A stretch of 64,000 nt of DNA from Octopus vulgaris. Taxonomy: Eukaryota. Every line of letters begins with the position of its first letter. The first letter of the stretch is position 1. The position numbers and the translations under genes are program-made. The notes below the pieces were generated by a model, which saw nothing but the letters and a program-made list of their open reading frames with translations, ran no database searches and was not told the DNA's origin. Location of the stretch: NCBI GenBank assembly GCA_951406725.2, contig OX597826.1:38564001-38628000 (forward strand), in the 5' to 3' direction. Of the stretch, positions 26,095-40,769 are shown in pieces.

Positions 26095-28105
26095 ATAAAA
26101 TGTAAACTGAATTTGTTGAACAATGTAGACAGACATTGTGGTACATAGGATTAGGTTTGTTGAAAATTAGTACTATTGTTTAGTACCTAAAACTGTGTTA
26201 TGGACAGGTACATAAGGCGGTGAGCTGGTAGAAACGTTAGCACGCCGGGCGAAATGCTTAGTGGTATTTCGTCTGCGGTTATGTTCTGAGTTCGAATTCC
26301 GCCGAGGTCGACTTTGCCTTTCATCCTTTCGGGGTCGATTAAGTAAGTACTAGTTACACACTGGGGTCGATATAATCGACTTAATCCGTTTGTGTGTCCT
26401 TGTTTGTCCTCTCTGTGTTTAGCCCCTTGTGGGTAGTAAAGAAATACGTACATAAGAATGGGTTAATTAAACAACAGTAGACAGACAGAGCAGGACATAG
26501 TTCCTGGGTCTATTCAACAACTGTTTATAGGATTAGGTTTATTGAATGACAGTGGACAGGCATTATTACATAGGATTGTGTCTGTTGAACAGCAGTGGAG
26601 ACACAATGTGGTATATAAGACTGGGTTTATTAACAATAATGGACAGACAATATGGTGCATGAGACTTAATCTGCTAAACAACAGTAGACAGACAATGTGG
26701 TACATAAGACTGGAGTTGTTGAACAACAGTGGATAGAGAGTGTAGTACACTGAATGTATTAGTTTAACAAAAGTAGGCATAACGTGTGGTACATAAGAAA
26801 GAGCTTGTTAAACAGTTGTAGATAGACATTTCGGTGCACTAGGCTGGGTTTCTGGAACAATGGTGAACAACAATGAACAGACACTGTAATGCATAAGACC
26901 AGGTCAACTTAATCCCTCATGCCACACTGTGTATTCACTGTTGCTCAGTAAAACTATCCTCATGTACCAATCATTGTTAAAAACACTCAGTCCCTTCTAA
27001 GATTTGGTGAATCTAATTCTATGTACTTATGTATCACACAGTTTCTCCACCGTTGTCCAGTAAGCCCAGTCCTCTCTACCATAATGCATGTCCACTGTTG
27101 TTCAGTACAGCCGAGTTTACTTAACTGGACAAATAACAGAACATAAGATGGAGTGTATTGAACACTTAACAGAGAGTGTGTTTGTATATAGCACTGGTCT
27201 ACTGAAAGATTGCGATTGGTGAACAACAGTAGACAGAAAATGTGTTATATGTGTGATTTACTGAACAAACGTGGGCTGACAGCATGGTTTACAGCACTGG
27301 AATTGTTGAAAAGCAGTGGATAATATAGGACTGAGTTTATTGATTATTACTGTTATTATGTTTTTATGATTGGATTCATGGAAGAAGAAAGTACAGACAA
27401 TGGTATATAGAACTGGTTTTATTGAACAGTAGAGGACTGGTATGTCGTATATAGGATTAGTTTTATTGAACAACAGTGTGATACATAAGACTAGGCATAT
27501 GGTACATATAAGTGGATTTGATGAACATCAGTGGTCAGAAAATAGTACATAACATTGGGTTTATAAAAGAATAGTAGATAGACAGTGTTACATAAACTTG
27601 GATTTATCCAACAACAGTAGACAGGCAGTGGTACACAAAAGATTGGGTTTATTGAATAGCAATGGATAGTCAGCAAGGTTCAATGGAACCAGTTCTGTGG
27701 ACCACATGTCAGTCTATCATTGTTCAAAAGACCCAGTCTTATGTACCATGCTATCAGTCCACTGTTCAGTAAACTTAAGACTATTGAACTAAAGTAGATA
27801 AACATTGTAGTACATATTGGAATTGTTGAATGATAGTGAACATACAGTGGTACACAGGACTGGGTTTATTGAACAGTAGACAATGTGGTATATAGGATTA
27901 TGTTTGTTAAATAAAAGTTGGCAGGCAGTGGTATCTAGGACCAAGTTTACTAAACAATAGTGAATAGAAACAGTACATAGGACTAGGATTACTGAACAAT
28001 AGAAGATTTATAGTGTTACATAAGACTAAGTTTACTGGACAACGGTGGACAGATTGTGGTACATAAGACTGTGTATAGATAACCTAACATTTAGGACTGG
28101 GTAGG
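26095..28105. repeat. degenerate ~47-bp minisatellite filling a DLC intron
   Basis: Approximate consensus gttgaacaacagtggacagacaatgtggtacataggactgggttt is reiterated. Inverted blocks near 26910-27125 and 27700-27780. Confidence 0.85.
26217..26447 (+). mobile_element. MetaSINE-like element with 9-bp TSD
   Basis: Central GGTCGACTTTGCCTTTCATCCTTTCGGGGTCGAT...AAGTAC resembles the Meta core. TSD GTACATAAG at 26208-16 and 26448-56. Other copies at 14299-14528(+), 9225-9345(-) and 41660-41800(-). Confidence 0.8.
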
Positions 28106-28223
28106 TTGAATAATCTGAAGTATAACAATTATATTAGATGCCGTAAGAATGTGAAGTTAAGCCAGTGAGATTGTTAAAAGGCAGAGAAAACTTGAACAAT
28201 GCAAAAGAAGATGAAGTAATCAC

Positions 28224-28349
28224 CTGATCAAACAGTAATGTCGGCATGGATGTGGCGGCATACTGTTCCGTGTGTACTGGAATATGTCTGTGTGATTGTC
28301 CAGCTTCTCAACAACACCGCTCCCATTGAGGTCTTCATCCCACAAACTC
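28224..28349 (-). CDS. STARD13: DLC-family exon, START domain
   Basis: tactacag| ... AG|GTGATT. Translates RSLWDEDL...EKLDNHTDIFQYTRNSMPPHPCRHYCLIR, phase 2 to 2. Confidence 0.93.
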
Positions 28350-28603
28350 CTGTAGTATAACAATAAAATAAATATATATTTATATGTACAGTATTTGTGA
28401 AGAATAGCTTCATTGTATAGATTATTCAGAGTATAAGAGTACAAGTACAGGGTATAACCATACATTCACGCCTGTGCATAGATGTGTATATCTATATGCA
28501 TGGATGTATAATTATATTTATGAACATGAATATGTATTTGTATGTATGCGCATGGAATTTAGTGTGTGCATATAAGATAAAGAAAAAGCCGACATGTGGT
28601 TAC

Positions 28604-28761
28604 CTTTCTGTAAGAATTCTGTTCAAGACTTCTTCAGGCGGGGCTTCCATTTCAGTGAGACACATCCATTGTCGTAACAGATCATCTGTCTTCTTATAGG
28701 CTATGTCAATTCCATTGATAGAAGGACACACATTCCAGTTACGAAATTTTTCCCGGCATTC
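28604..28761 (-). CDS. STARD13: DLC-family exon, START domain
   Basis: aatttttag| ... AG|GTAACC. Translates ECREKFRNWNVCPSINGIDIAYKKTDDLLRQWMCLTEMEAPPEEVLNRILTE, phase 0 to 2. Confidence 0.93.
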
Positions 28762-28976
28762 CTAAAAATTGAGTTTCACAGCTGATGTTTTATATGGATA
28801 GTATAACAGAGAAACTAACCTTTTCACTCAAGATATGTTATCATAACACAATATAATACTATTATTTGGTCCTATTATAGGTTTTCGTCACTGGACTGTT
28901 GGCACTTTCAAAATTTGTTTAGTCCATTATGTTAATCTCAGTACTTTATATAGTAACTTTTTTTTTCTACTTGGCT

Positions 28977-29505
28977 CATATATACTGACAGAGAATTCAA
29001 TCCAGAATCTGCTGAAGTCAACCAGTCATTACTGATCAGGCAATAGAAGTTGCTGGAGCTGACCGGTCAGTATAAAAAACTTTTGATTGGTGTTTTCAGG
29101 CGATTATAGTCCCTGTCAGCATATATGTATACAATTATGTACTCTGACTACAACATTAGAGCATTTTAGCTCTTATTTTTTGCAATGTAGGTATTTCTAA
29201 CCCTAGCCATATTTAGTGACAATTATAGTTTTCCTTTTTGGTAAAACATTGCACACTGCTGTCTATATTAATTTTCTGTATACACATTGACGATTCATTA
29301 AATCATCCATAGATTTTTATAGTGAAAACATATATACTGACAGAAAATTCAGTCCGGAATCTGCTGAAGTCGAGCCAGTCCTTACTGATGAGGCAACAGA
29401 AATTGCCGAAACTGACTGGTCAGTATAAGGAATTCTTGATTGGTGTTTTCAGGTAACTATAGTCCCCCTCAGTATAAATGTATACAATTATGTGCTTTGA
29501 CTACA
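28977..29505 (+). mobile_element. non-LTR retrozyme-like element (~1.5 units of ~353 bp, one hammerhead per unit)
   Basis: Direct repeats 28977-29152 and 29329-29505, each centred on a hammerhead. Copy 1 is degenerate (CTGATCA...GGAG). Equivalent cleavage sites 29072 and 29425 are 353 nt apart. No ORF. Confidence 0.7.
29375..29442 (+). ncRNA. type I hammerhead ribozyme, apparently intact
   Basis: Stem I CCTTA(29380-84)/TAAGG(29426-30), core CTGATGA 29385-91, stem II GGCAA/TTGCC, GAAA 29408-11, stem III ACTGAC/GTCAGT, cleavage triplet GUA (cut after 29425). Stem I extends as CCAGTC/GATTGG. Confidence 0.85.
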
Positions 29506-29824
29506 GTATATATATAAATATATATGTGTGTTTGTGTGTGCGTGCACACAAACACATGCACAAATTACAGATTTCTGCACAGTTTCCACCAACAATTTTA
29601 TTCGCAAGGGTTTGGTTGATCAAGAATTTAAAGTGTGATGCAATGTAATTGAATCCTGGACCATTTAGTTGCCTTCCCTGTCAAATATTTAATCACCCAA
29701 CCAGGCTTATGTCTGTAGCAAAATAGTAATAAAATATTATCACAAAATGGTAGTAAAAATGAAGATATAACATACTGTAAAAAAAAAATAATGAAAGAAA
29801 TTATAAATAATATGAAAGTCTTAC

Positions 29825-29959
29825 CTTAAATAAAACTTGATAATGTTTATCAATGAACAAGTTTGGTTTACCATTTACATGATCAAAATCTTTTATTTCC
29901 ATTGGGTTGTGTATATCACTAACAGAGAATCTACATTTAGCGATTGTTTCTTGTGGTAC
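29825..29959 (-). CDS. STARD13: DLC-family exon, GAP-START linker
   Basis: catttag| ... AAG|GTAAGA, 45 codons: VPQETIAKCRFSVSDIHNPMEIKDFDHVNGKPNLFIDKHYQVLFK (compare DLC VPEEM.RCR....LFK). Confidence 0.9.
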
Positions 29960-30409
29960 CTAAATGGCAGTTAAAAAGAAGCAGATAAGGCTGGATGAAG
30001 ATTTATTTGCAGTACAAATTTATGGCTGGATGCTCTTCTTGTTGGCCAACCCTTACCTTTTTTTGTAAGTAAAAGATTTTTTTTTACTCCACAGGCTGTT
30101 GCCAGCCTCGTCTGGCACCTGTGCAGGTGGCACGTAAAAAGCATCCACTACACTCATGGAGTGGTTGGCGTTAGGAAGGGCATCCAGCTGTAGAAACACT
30201 GCCAGATCAGACTGGGCCTGGCACAGCCTACTGGCTTCTCAGACCCCGGTTGAACCGTCCAACCAATGCTAGCATGGAAAACGGACGTTAAACGATGATG
30301 AGGTCTTCAGAAGTGCAGAGAGAGACAGGTCATGAAGGAAGGTAAACAGTACATTACTGGCAATGACAAGTGAAGTCATGCATGTTCATACATATGCATA
30401 CTATGAACA

Positions 30410-31490
30410 ACATCATTGGAACATGACGCATACATTTCTGTGCCATTGTACATCATCAGCTACAAATACTGAATTTGTCTTCCATAACCCTATAAGAACA
30501 ATAGTTCTTATGAATAAGAACAGTAAATAGTACATTTACTGATGTATGCAGCACCGAATAAAATATAATCAAGTGCTGTGCATGGACAATTGCCACTTGG
30601 AACATTGCCCAAGTGTGAACATCACTACCAGGAAAACTACCCAGTAAAAATTTTACTTTCACACCTGTCTACAATTATAAATGGAATATGTTCGTGTTTG
30701 TGTGTGCATACAGATGTGTATGTATGCACATACATACACATTTATAGGCACAAAACACGCACACACATATTCCACTTATAATTGTAGACAGGTGTAAAAC
30801 TAAAAATTTTACTGAATATTTCTCAGTGACAATGCTCCCATCTGGAGAGTTTTCCCAGTGGCAATGTTCACAGATGGGCTATGTTCCAAGTGGAATTTCT
30901 CTCACATGGGCAATGATCCCAGTGGAAACTATCCTAGAGCCATTGTGTACAACAATATTTAAGACATTTGCTACTTTTGCAACTTGAGTTATTTAATTCC
31001 AGTTTGATCACGCTTTACATATAAATGTACTATTTACTGTTCTTATAAATAAGAACTAGCATTCTTATAGGACTGTGGAAGATAAATTCAGTGTTTGTAG
31101 TTGATGACATGCAGTGATACAGAAACACATATCTTCTATATTCTGATGATGTTATGTGTAACCCAATATGTTTTCACACATCTATTTGTAATAATTTTCT
31201 CCCAGGTCTGTTTTCTTAGCAAAAGATCTTCCTACATTTCAATGTACAAGAACATGTTTGAACAGGATTATATTTTATTAATGCTGCTTTGTGTTGTGTT
31301 AACTCTAGTTATTAATTCCAACTTGACCAAACTTTATGTACATCAGAAAATATACTATTTACTATTCTTCTAAATAAGAACTACTGTTCTTACAGAGCTG
31401 TGGAAGATGAATTCAGTGTCCATAGCTGATGATGCACATTGATGCTGAAATGCATGTGTTTTACAATCTGGTGATATTCATAGCCCAATA
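30410..31490. repeat. large imperfect foldback with extra outer-arm copy
   Basis: Left arm about 30410-30690 versus right arm about 30767-31140 (for example cacctgtctacaattataa/ttataattgtagacaggtg), around a TG/CA-rich spacer. The outer segment repeats at about 31370-31490. Confidence 0.8.
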
Positions 31491-31546
31491 TGTATTCTGC
31501 AGTGAAAGGTTTTCCCAAATCTGAGTGTGTGTTTTTTAGAGGTCAT

Positions 31547-31948
31547 ACTCTTTTACTTGTTTTAGTCATTTGACTCTGGTTATGCTGGAGCACTGCCTTT
31601 AGTTAAGCAAATCGACCCCAGGACTTATTCTTTGTAAGCCTAGTACTTATTCTATCAGTCTCTTTTGCCAAACCGCTAAGTGACGGGGACATAAACACAC
31701 CAGCATCGGTTGTCAAGCGATGTTGGGGGGACAAATACAGACACACGAACTTATACACACACATACATATATATATACATATATACGATGGGCTTCTTTC
31801 AGTTTCCGTCCACCAAATCCACTCACAAGGCTTTGGTCGGCCCGAGGCTATAGTAGAAGACACTTGCCCAAGGTGTCACGCAGTGGGACTGAACCCCGAG
31901 CCATGTGGTTCGTAAACAAGCTACTTACCACACAGCCACTCCTACACC
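31547..31948 (-). mobile_element. tRNA-derived SINE, family B (internal microsatellite)
   Basis: A-box gtggctgtgtgg, B-box ggttcagtccc, ccttgggcaagtg core, internal (TA)/(TG) tract and stem-loop tail. Other copies at 15497-15924, 16149-16543, 24850-25085, 18003-18160, 37095-37390 and 48155-48320. Confidence 0.8.
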
Positions 31949-32999
31949 TAAATAAATATAAACTTTGATAATAGTGACAGGGCAGTAAAGAGGACTTAGA
32001 CAGTTAAATGCATGCAAAGGTCAGGTGGTGTTAAACTGGGTGTTGGATTAAGTCTACCACTCAGAGATTAACTTTCAAACACTTGAGTCTACATAACCAA
32101 CTTTAATTACCACAAGAGTAGCAGCAATTACTCTTAAGAGTTTCATTAGCCACTTGGGACAACTTAAGATGTTTCAAATAGAGCTAATCAGTACTGTATA
32201 GTATGTGTTATGGTTCTTATGTAGACATAATTATGGTCTGTTAGTCACACCTGGTCATCTGGCCAATCATCTGCATACCAGAGACATACTTAACTCTCTC
32301 ATGGCCATATTTCTCATGAAATACAACAAGCGTTTCAATTAATTTTTAAAATAATCAAGAATTTAATGGATTTAGAAAAATAACTAAACTTTAGCTAGTT
32401 GCTATAGAATAATTTGATGGAGAGAGGTTCAAAATCTGCAAGACAGCTTCTCAATCCAGAGGGAGGACATCACCTTCTCCATATTTAGCAGCTGTCTAGA
32501 AGGCTTTGGACTGCTTTCTGTTGAATTTTTCTACAACTAGCTTAATTATGGCTTTACAATCAAAGTGGACATAACTCTAATTTTCATTCCTTTTCTGTTT
32601 ATATTCTCCCTTCCATTTTTTGTATTTACCTTCGTCTTGTTTTTTCTTGTGATTTGTCTCATATCAGCATCCTGATTTACAAATTGAATAAACTATGTGC
32701 TCAGAACCAGAAGATTAATTGAAGGCACAAGGTAGTTATAAAAACCTGCCTAGACCCATATAGCAGATTTGTAATTTAAGCATGGAAAATGGTTTCAAAA
32801 TTTTGAAAATTAAGGCAAGATTTTTGAAGTTGACAAAATAGGAGAAAATATGAGAAAAGGCGAGAGATAGATGTAAAAGGTGGAAAGTTGAAAACACTGG
32901 AAAACGAAAAAGGAAAAAAGAGAGGAAGGAATTAGAATTATGTCCCCTTTGACTGTAAAGCCATAAGATTGAATAGATAGTGGCCTAGATTCTGCAGTA

Positions 33000-33880
33000 C
33001 AGCTACTCAATTTGGAGAGGGTGCTATTTTCCAATTTGTCAACAGGAACTTGCCTGTATGTTTACATCTGCAGAAAATTTGAGATATGGAATTCAGCATT
33101 GTGGTGGAGTTCTTAGATCTGAAAAGGATCTGTGATCTTTCAATTATGCATAGTGTACATTTTTTTGATCCACTGACATATGGTGTGTACTTTTCACGTA
33201 TTTTCCACTTGATTGTATGTGGTGTGGTGTTTGACTTCAAACTCCATACCTGGCTAACCAACTTTGCACCAAAAGGAAGATATGTGATTAGCATAGTGAT
33301 TTTTGACGTTGCCTTCAAATAATCTAATGTAGCTTTTCTTTTCAGTTTTGTTATCATCTAACATTGCTGTAATTTCTGCCTCATATATGATGGATTTAAC
33401 CATCCACTCCTTGTCAAGTGGACAGGTTCCTGAGTCTCGACAGTTATAATAGGGAGTAAGCTGTTGGTCATGTTTGCATGTAATAATGCTCTTCATACTG
33501 GGGCAGCAGCTATAGGATAATTTAACTGAGTGCCTACTGAATATTTTTCTGTACCTGTGATTTATGGGAAAGTGTTTGCCTAAGAGAGACAATAATCTTT
33601 TACCTATGTTGGTTTTAACATTGAGGGAAAATGGGAGTGTGGCCCAAATTATTCTCTACATCTATTTTTAGGTCTTTTTTTTTTTGTTATTCTTATTATT
33701 ACTAGAGGGTTGTAAATAGATTCATCATTAAAGTCACAACTGGCTACAGCATTGTTGTTGTAGGGGGCTGCCTTCTTGAAAATTTCTTTAGAGGAAAAGA
33801 TATTCAGTTACTTATTATGGCTCTCAGGTTTTTATGGGGTGGAGTGCATGACAAGACTGTGTACGTATGAAAGTTTCTCA
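33000..33880 (-). mobile_element. Naiad-type Penelope-like GIY-YIG remnant
   Basis: PFSLNVKTNIG, HFPINHRYRKIFSRHSVKLSYSC, NCRDSGTCPL, IIYEA, WKI..KYTPY...CTLCIIE, CKHTGKFLL. Confidence 0.72.
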
Positions 33881-33960
33881 TTGGGTAAGGTTTATAAGAG
33901 GAAAAGTTTAGGTCTGTAGAAACATCTAAAAAAATCAACTTTTGATGGATTAGTACTCAC

Positions 33961-34149
33961 AGAGAAAAGGGATTTTGAGTTTTCAATCATAAAGACAAGA
34001 CATTCATGGGCAGGTTCCAGCACTTCTTTGGAATCAGGAACACCTATTTGTTTCTTGTTTCTCAATAAGCTTGGACTGTTAGTACTCTTCAGACTGATTA
34101 CATTGAACAGAGAAGGGGCAAAACACACTGCCAGATTGCTTGCTGTCAT
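33961..34149 (-). CDS. STARD13: DLC-family exon, end of RhoGAP domain
   Basis: gacag|ATG ... TCT|GTGAGT, 63 codons: MTASNLAVCFAPSLF...AHECLVFMIENSKSLFS. Confidence 0.95.
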
Positions 34150-34219
34150 CTGTCATAATAATAATAAAAAAAAAATAATAATAATAATAATAAAAGTAAT
34201 AATAATAATGATGATGATG

Positions 34220-36683
<2,464 letters not shown>

Positions 36684-38049
36684 TAATAATAAATATGAAT
36701 AACAATAACAACAATAACAATAATAATAAGATAAAACAATTTATTGAAAATACTGAAAAGGAGATTGGTCTTGATAAATGCATTAAAACAATATTCTTCA
36801 AGGGAAACACCTGAAAATGTACAACACAACAAACAGACAAGTTTATCATCATCAAAGAATTAAATCCTGAAAACAAAACAAAACAAATATTTAGGTGTAT
36901 GTGAAGAAGATGGCCTCTAGCATTTACAAATGCATGGAAAAATACAGAAAGGATGTTATTTTATCCTAGAAAAAATGCAGAAAGAATGTTATTCTATCCT
37001 AGAACACAAACTTAATGTATGAAACAGGATTGATGCAATTAATACCCTAGCCATATCTGATCTGACCTGAGCATGTAGGCACAGTGTGGGGTGTGTGGCT
37101 GTATGGTTTAGTTGCTTGCTTCCCAACCATATGGTCTTGGGTTCATTCCCCTTATGTAGCATCTCAAGCAAGTGTCTTCTATTAGAGTTCTGGGCTGACC
37201 AAACCTTGTGAGTTTGGTAGACAAGAAATGAAAGAAGCCTGTTGTATGTGTGTGTGTATGTGCAAATGTGTGTTTGTGCTTGTTACTCATCATGACAACT
37301 AGTGATGGTTTGTTAATGTCCCTGTAACTTAACAGTTCAGCAAAAAAGACTGATGGAATAAGTACCAGGCTTAAAAAAAAATTCTGGAGTTGCTCATCAT
37401 AAATAACACCTGTAGTAAAATGTCCATGTTTGTGCATCATCAGCAACAGCATACTAAGTTCACCACTCAGAAGACTTCAATGAAATCAGTCAAATTGATA
37501 CAAAAATATGCAAGGTTCTCACAATGCAGATGTAAACAGACTACACATCCCTTGAAGACATGGGAACATGGACTGATGCAGCTGCTTCAAAAGACATCAA
37601 CCACAAGGGTTAGACACCTATCTGAAGACTGGATGCTTGTATTTGTCTGCAAACATGAGAGTACCAAGAAACTGTGGAATAAAGAAATATGTAAAGGAAT
37701 TGAAGATCACTGAGATTCAGGTGCAACCGTTATGAAATAGAATCCACTGTGAAAGCAAAAGTAATAAAAGTTCTCAGCATCTGATCTGCTTTCTCTTCAA
37801 TATATCATTGCTCATCATAAATAACACCTGTGGTAAAATGTCCAACTTGCTGTTACTTGAGGTCTCATATAAAACAACAACAACAACAACGATGATGACA
37901 ATGATTTCTCTATTAATCAACAAGTATTTAGATTAAGAAAATGTTAAGGATGGCACAATTCAAAACATTGAGTGCGTGTGTGTGTATGGAAATGCATGTA
38001 AACAGGTGTAAAAAAAAAAGTTGTAATAACATTTTAAGAATGTGTATTC

Positions 38050-40750
38050 CTCAATAGGGAGGAGACAATTGAAGGCTGCTCATGGAAACACCCCCAAAAA
38101 GCCATGGATACCCTGACTCCTGGGACAGGTGCCTTTCCTCCGTTCCTCATCTCTGATTAACAGGCATATGCTCAGGGTAGGCCCATTTACTTGCACTACA
38201 CTTGCCACTCTCACCCACCTTTCAACAAAATGGTTGGAAGGTAACAATTCACTCTCCACCCAAATTTTACTCAAGTGAAACTTGTAGTTGATGAGGAATT
38301 GACCAAAGAGGAAAGTGTTTATCTTCAGCCCCTTCAATCTCATCCACCACACCACTTTTGCCAAGGCCACCAGGCATATAAAAACTGCCTGTCCTTCCCA
38401 GTTACAAGAAGGTGGCAGGACAGATTCAGTTGATAGCTGGATCAATCTCACATGTGACAGCAGGTGTTTGACATAAATCCACAGGTCAGCAATGTTTGAG
38501 TGCATGCTAAATGGTTTTGTTTCCCTGCATGCATATTGGACATGCTCAGATGATGGCACTTCTGTGCCTGTAGAGTTTATCGCAAACTGGCAATGCTCCT
38601 TGGTAGCACTGCCAAGCCAGGGATTTCTGGAAGTTATCCATCAACCTTGGGCCAAAAGTTCTGTAGAAGAGAGTGATTAGTTGATTGTCTTTGATGCTCA
38701 AGGTTTCCCCAATAACACTGCTACACTTTCCTGCTTGGAATACTAAAGTGGACTTTCCACCTATCACATTGCCTGACTGGCTGAGGGCAGTGAGCACTTC
38801 AAGACATTTCATTTTCTAATTGCTTTCTCTCAGGCTCTGCTTGACCCAGGACTGACGCTCTGTCAAGGAGACCAGCTGAGGAATCACATGCCAAGCAAAT
38901 GGTGACCAAATCCGTTCACCATCAAGGAAGTACTGGAGATATAGTCTCAGCACATGTTTGTGCATCATCAGCAACAGCAAACCAAGTTCACCCCTCAGAA
39001 GATATTGACAGCAGATAGACTACCTAACCATTGGAATGTGTCCCTTCCACATGAAGCAAAAGAGTATACACTCCAATGCAGTCAGATAAAGACTAGAACA
39101 TGGTAACCATTCAGTTGGATGCCATGGACTTGCTTCTCCTGCTGCTGAGCTGCAAGCCCACTGACTTTTCCTGGTTAATTTTCACTTCTGATACCGCTTT
39201 GTAGTCCCTGAAAGTGGTACCAATTATCTTAATGTGTTTGCTTTTTGACATCACTATGGTCCTAATTCATGTGGGATGTCCCACAATGTCTCCAGCTTGT
39301 GTAGTAGAGGCTCGAGAATCAGTATGTAGAATAGGGACAAGAGAGGCAACCTTGGCAATCCAAGTGCACGATGTTGAACGGTTCTGAGAGGAGACCCCTC
39401 ACTGATCACTGAATAGATGTTGCTATGCATTGCAGTAATCTATCCCCTGAAAACAGATCCAAAACTGGCTACTTTGAGGACCACTGCCAAGTACTGATGG
39501 TCAACCCTGTTAAAAGCTTTGAATTGATCTAAATTGATTAGGAACCCACCAGTGCCAGGTTCTTTAACTATCTTCTCTATGATGTATTACATAAGATGTA
39601 AGTTGTCATGAACAGATCTTTCCAGGATGGCACATGTCTGTGCCGTCCCTACCAGACCACTGACAACAAGGACCAACCTTGTAACTAACACCTTGGTCAA
39701 AATTTTTAATTCTACATTCAGTGTAGTTATGTGCCTAAAAGCATCAATGCAGTTCTCCATGTTTAAGTCTTTTCACAACAGTGCCACTGCTCCTTGGTTC
39801 GCAAAACTGGGAATTCTTCCTTTCTGTTGCCAGTTGCAGTCAACATTTCCCAAGGTGTTATCAAACAAGTCTGGCATGTAAGTGTAAAGTGTGTAGGGCA
39901 GACCATCTAATTCAGGCTAGTTACCCTTCATGCAGTTAGCTATTGCTTCCTGTATTTCAGCAGCTGTTATTGGCCTCTCCCAACCACCCACCCATCTCTA
40001 TCACTGAGAGCTATAGCAGTCTGTTGAGAGGGGATGTAATGTCTGTCATGCGATTTGGCTCAACACTGCTCCCAAACAGTTGAGTGAAGTGCTGTTGAAA
40101 AGCCACACACATCTGTCTGGGATCTACCAGTATGTCCTGTAAGATCGGATTGTGGATTTATTGCCATGCCGAGCCTCTGTCACTTGACCCATTGAATGGC
40201 TTTCATCCTTTTATGTCTAAGAGCACACACATTAGCTTTGACAATGTAGTCTTCATGTTTTGTGTAGAAGAATTGGTCAAGTGCCAATCTCACTGTAAGC
40301 ACATCAGTCATGATGTCTTTTTTAAATGCCTCACCTAACTTTCTGACTACCCCATTTACAAAACCTCACTGATTCTATTCTAATTACTCTCTTCAGGATA
40401 AACAACAATTTGTTGTAGATGACTCCCCCTGTCTACATCTATACAGTTTTTGCTATTACAGTCATTTATAAAGAATATACACTTAAAACCTCTGTCCAAC
40501 ATATGTTTTTGCCGCATGGATATCTTGTTAAGTGGTGTTTGTTTTCATCCTACTTAAAAACGTATCTGTACAGATTTATTCAAGGTGTTACCACAATTAA
40601 AGTTTGAAGCAGTTCACTTGAAACTTTGATAGTGGCAACATCTTGAATAAAGCTGCATGGATACATTCTTAACCAGGATGAAATCTGGATGTAGATGAAC
40701 CAACAAGATGCAAATAGACACTACTTAATAAGATAGCCATGCAGAAAAAA
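38050..40750 (-). mobile_element. degenerate L1/Tx1-clade LINE
   Basis: Minus-strand remnants PIT.LNVELKILTKVL, INLDQFKAFNRVDHQY and G.PLLSLFYILILEPLL, with many stops and frameshifts. Confidence 0.65.
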
Positions 40751-40769
40751 ACATATGTTGGGACACAAA

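Noticed and set aside
26095-28105. CRISPR-like regularly spaced repeats
   Set aside because: Eukaryotic intron, degenerate contiguous units, no unique spacers and no cas genes.
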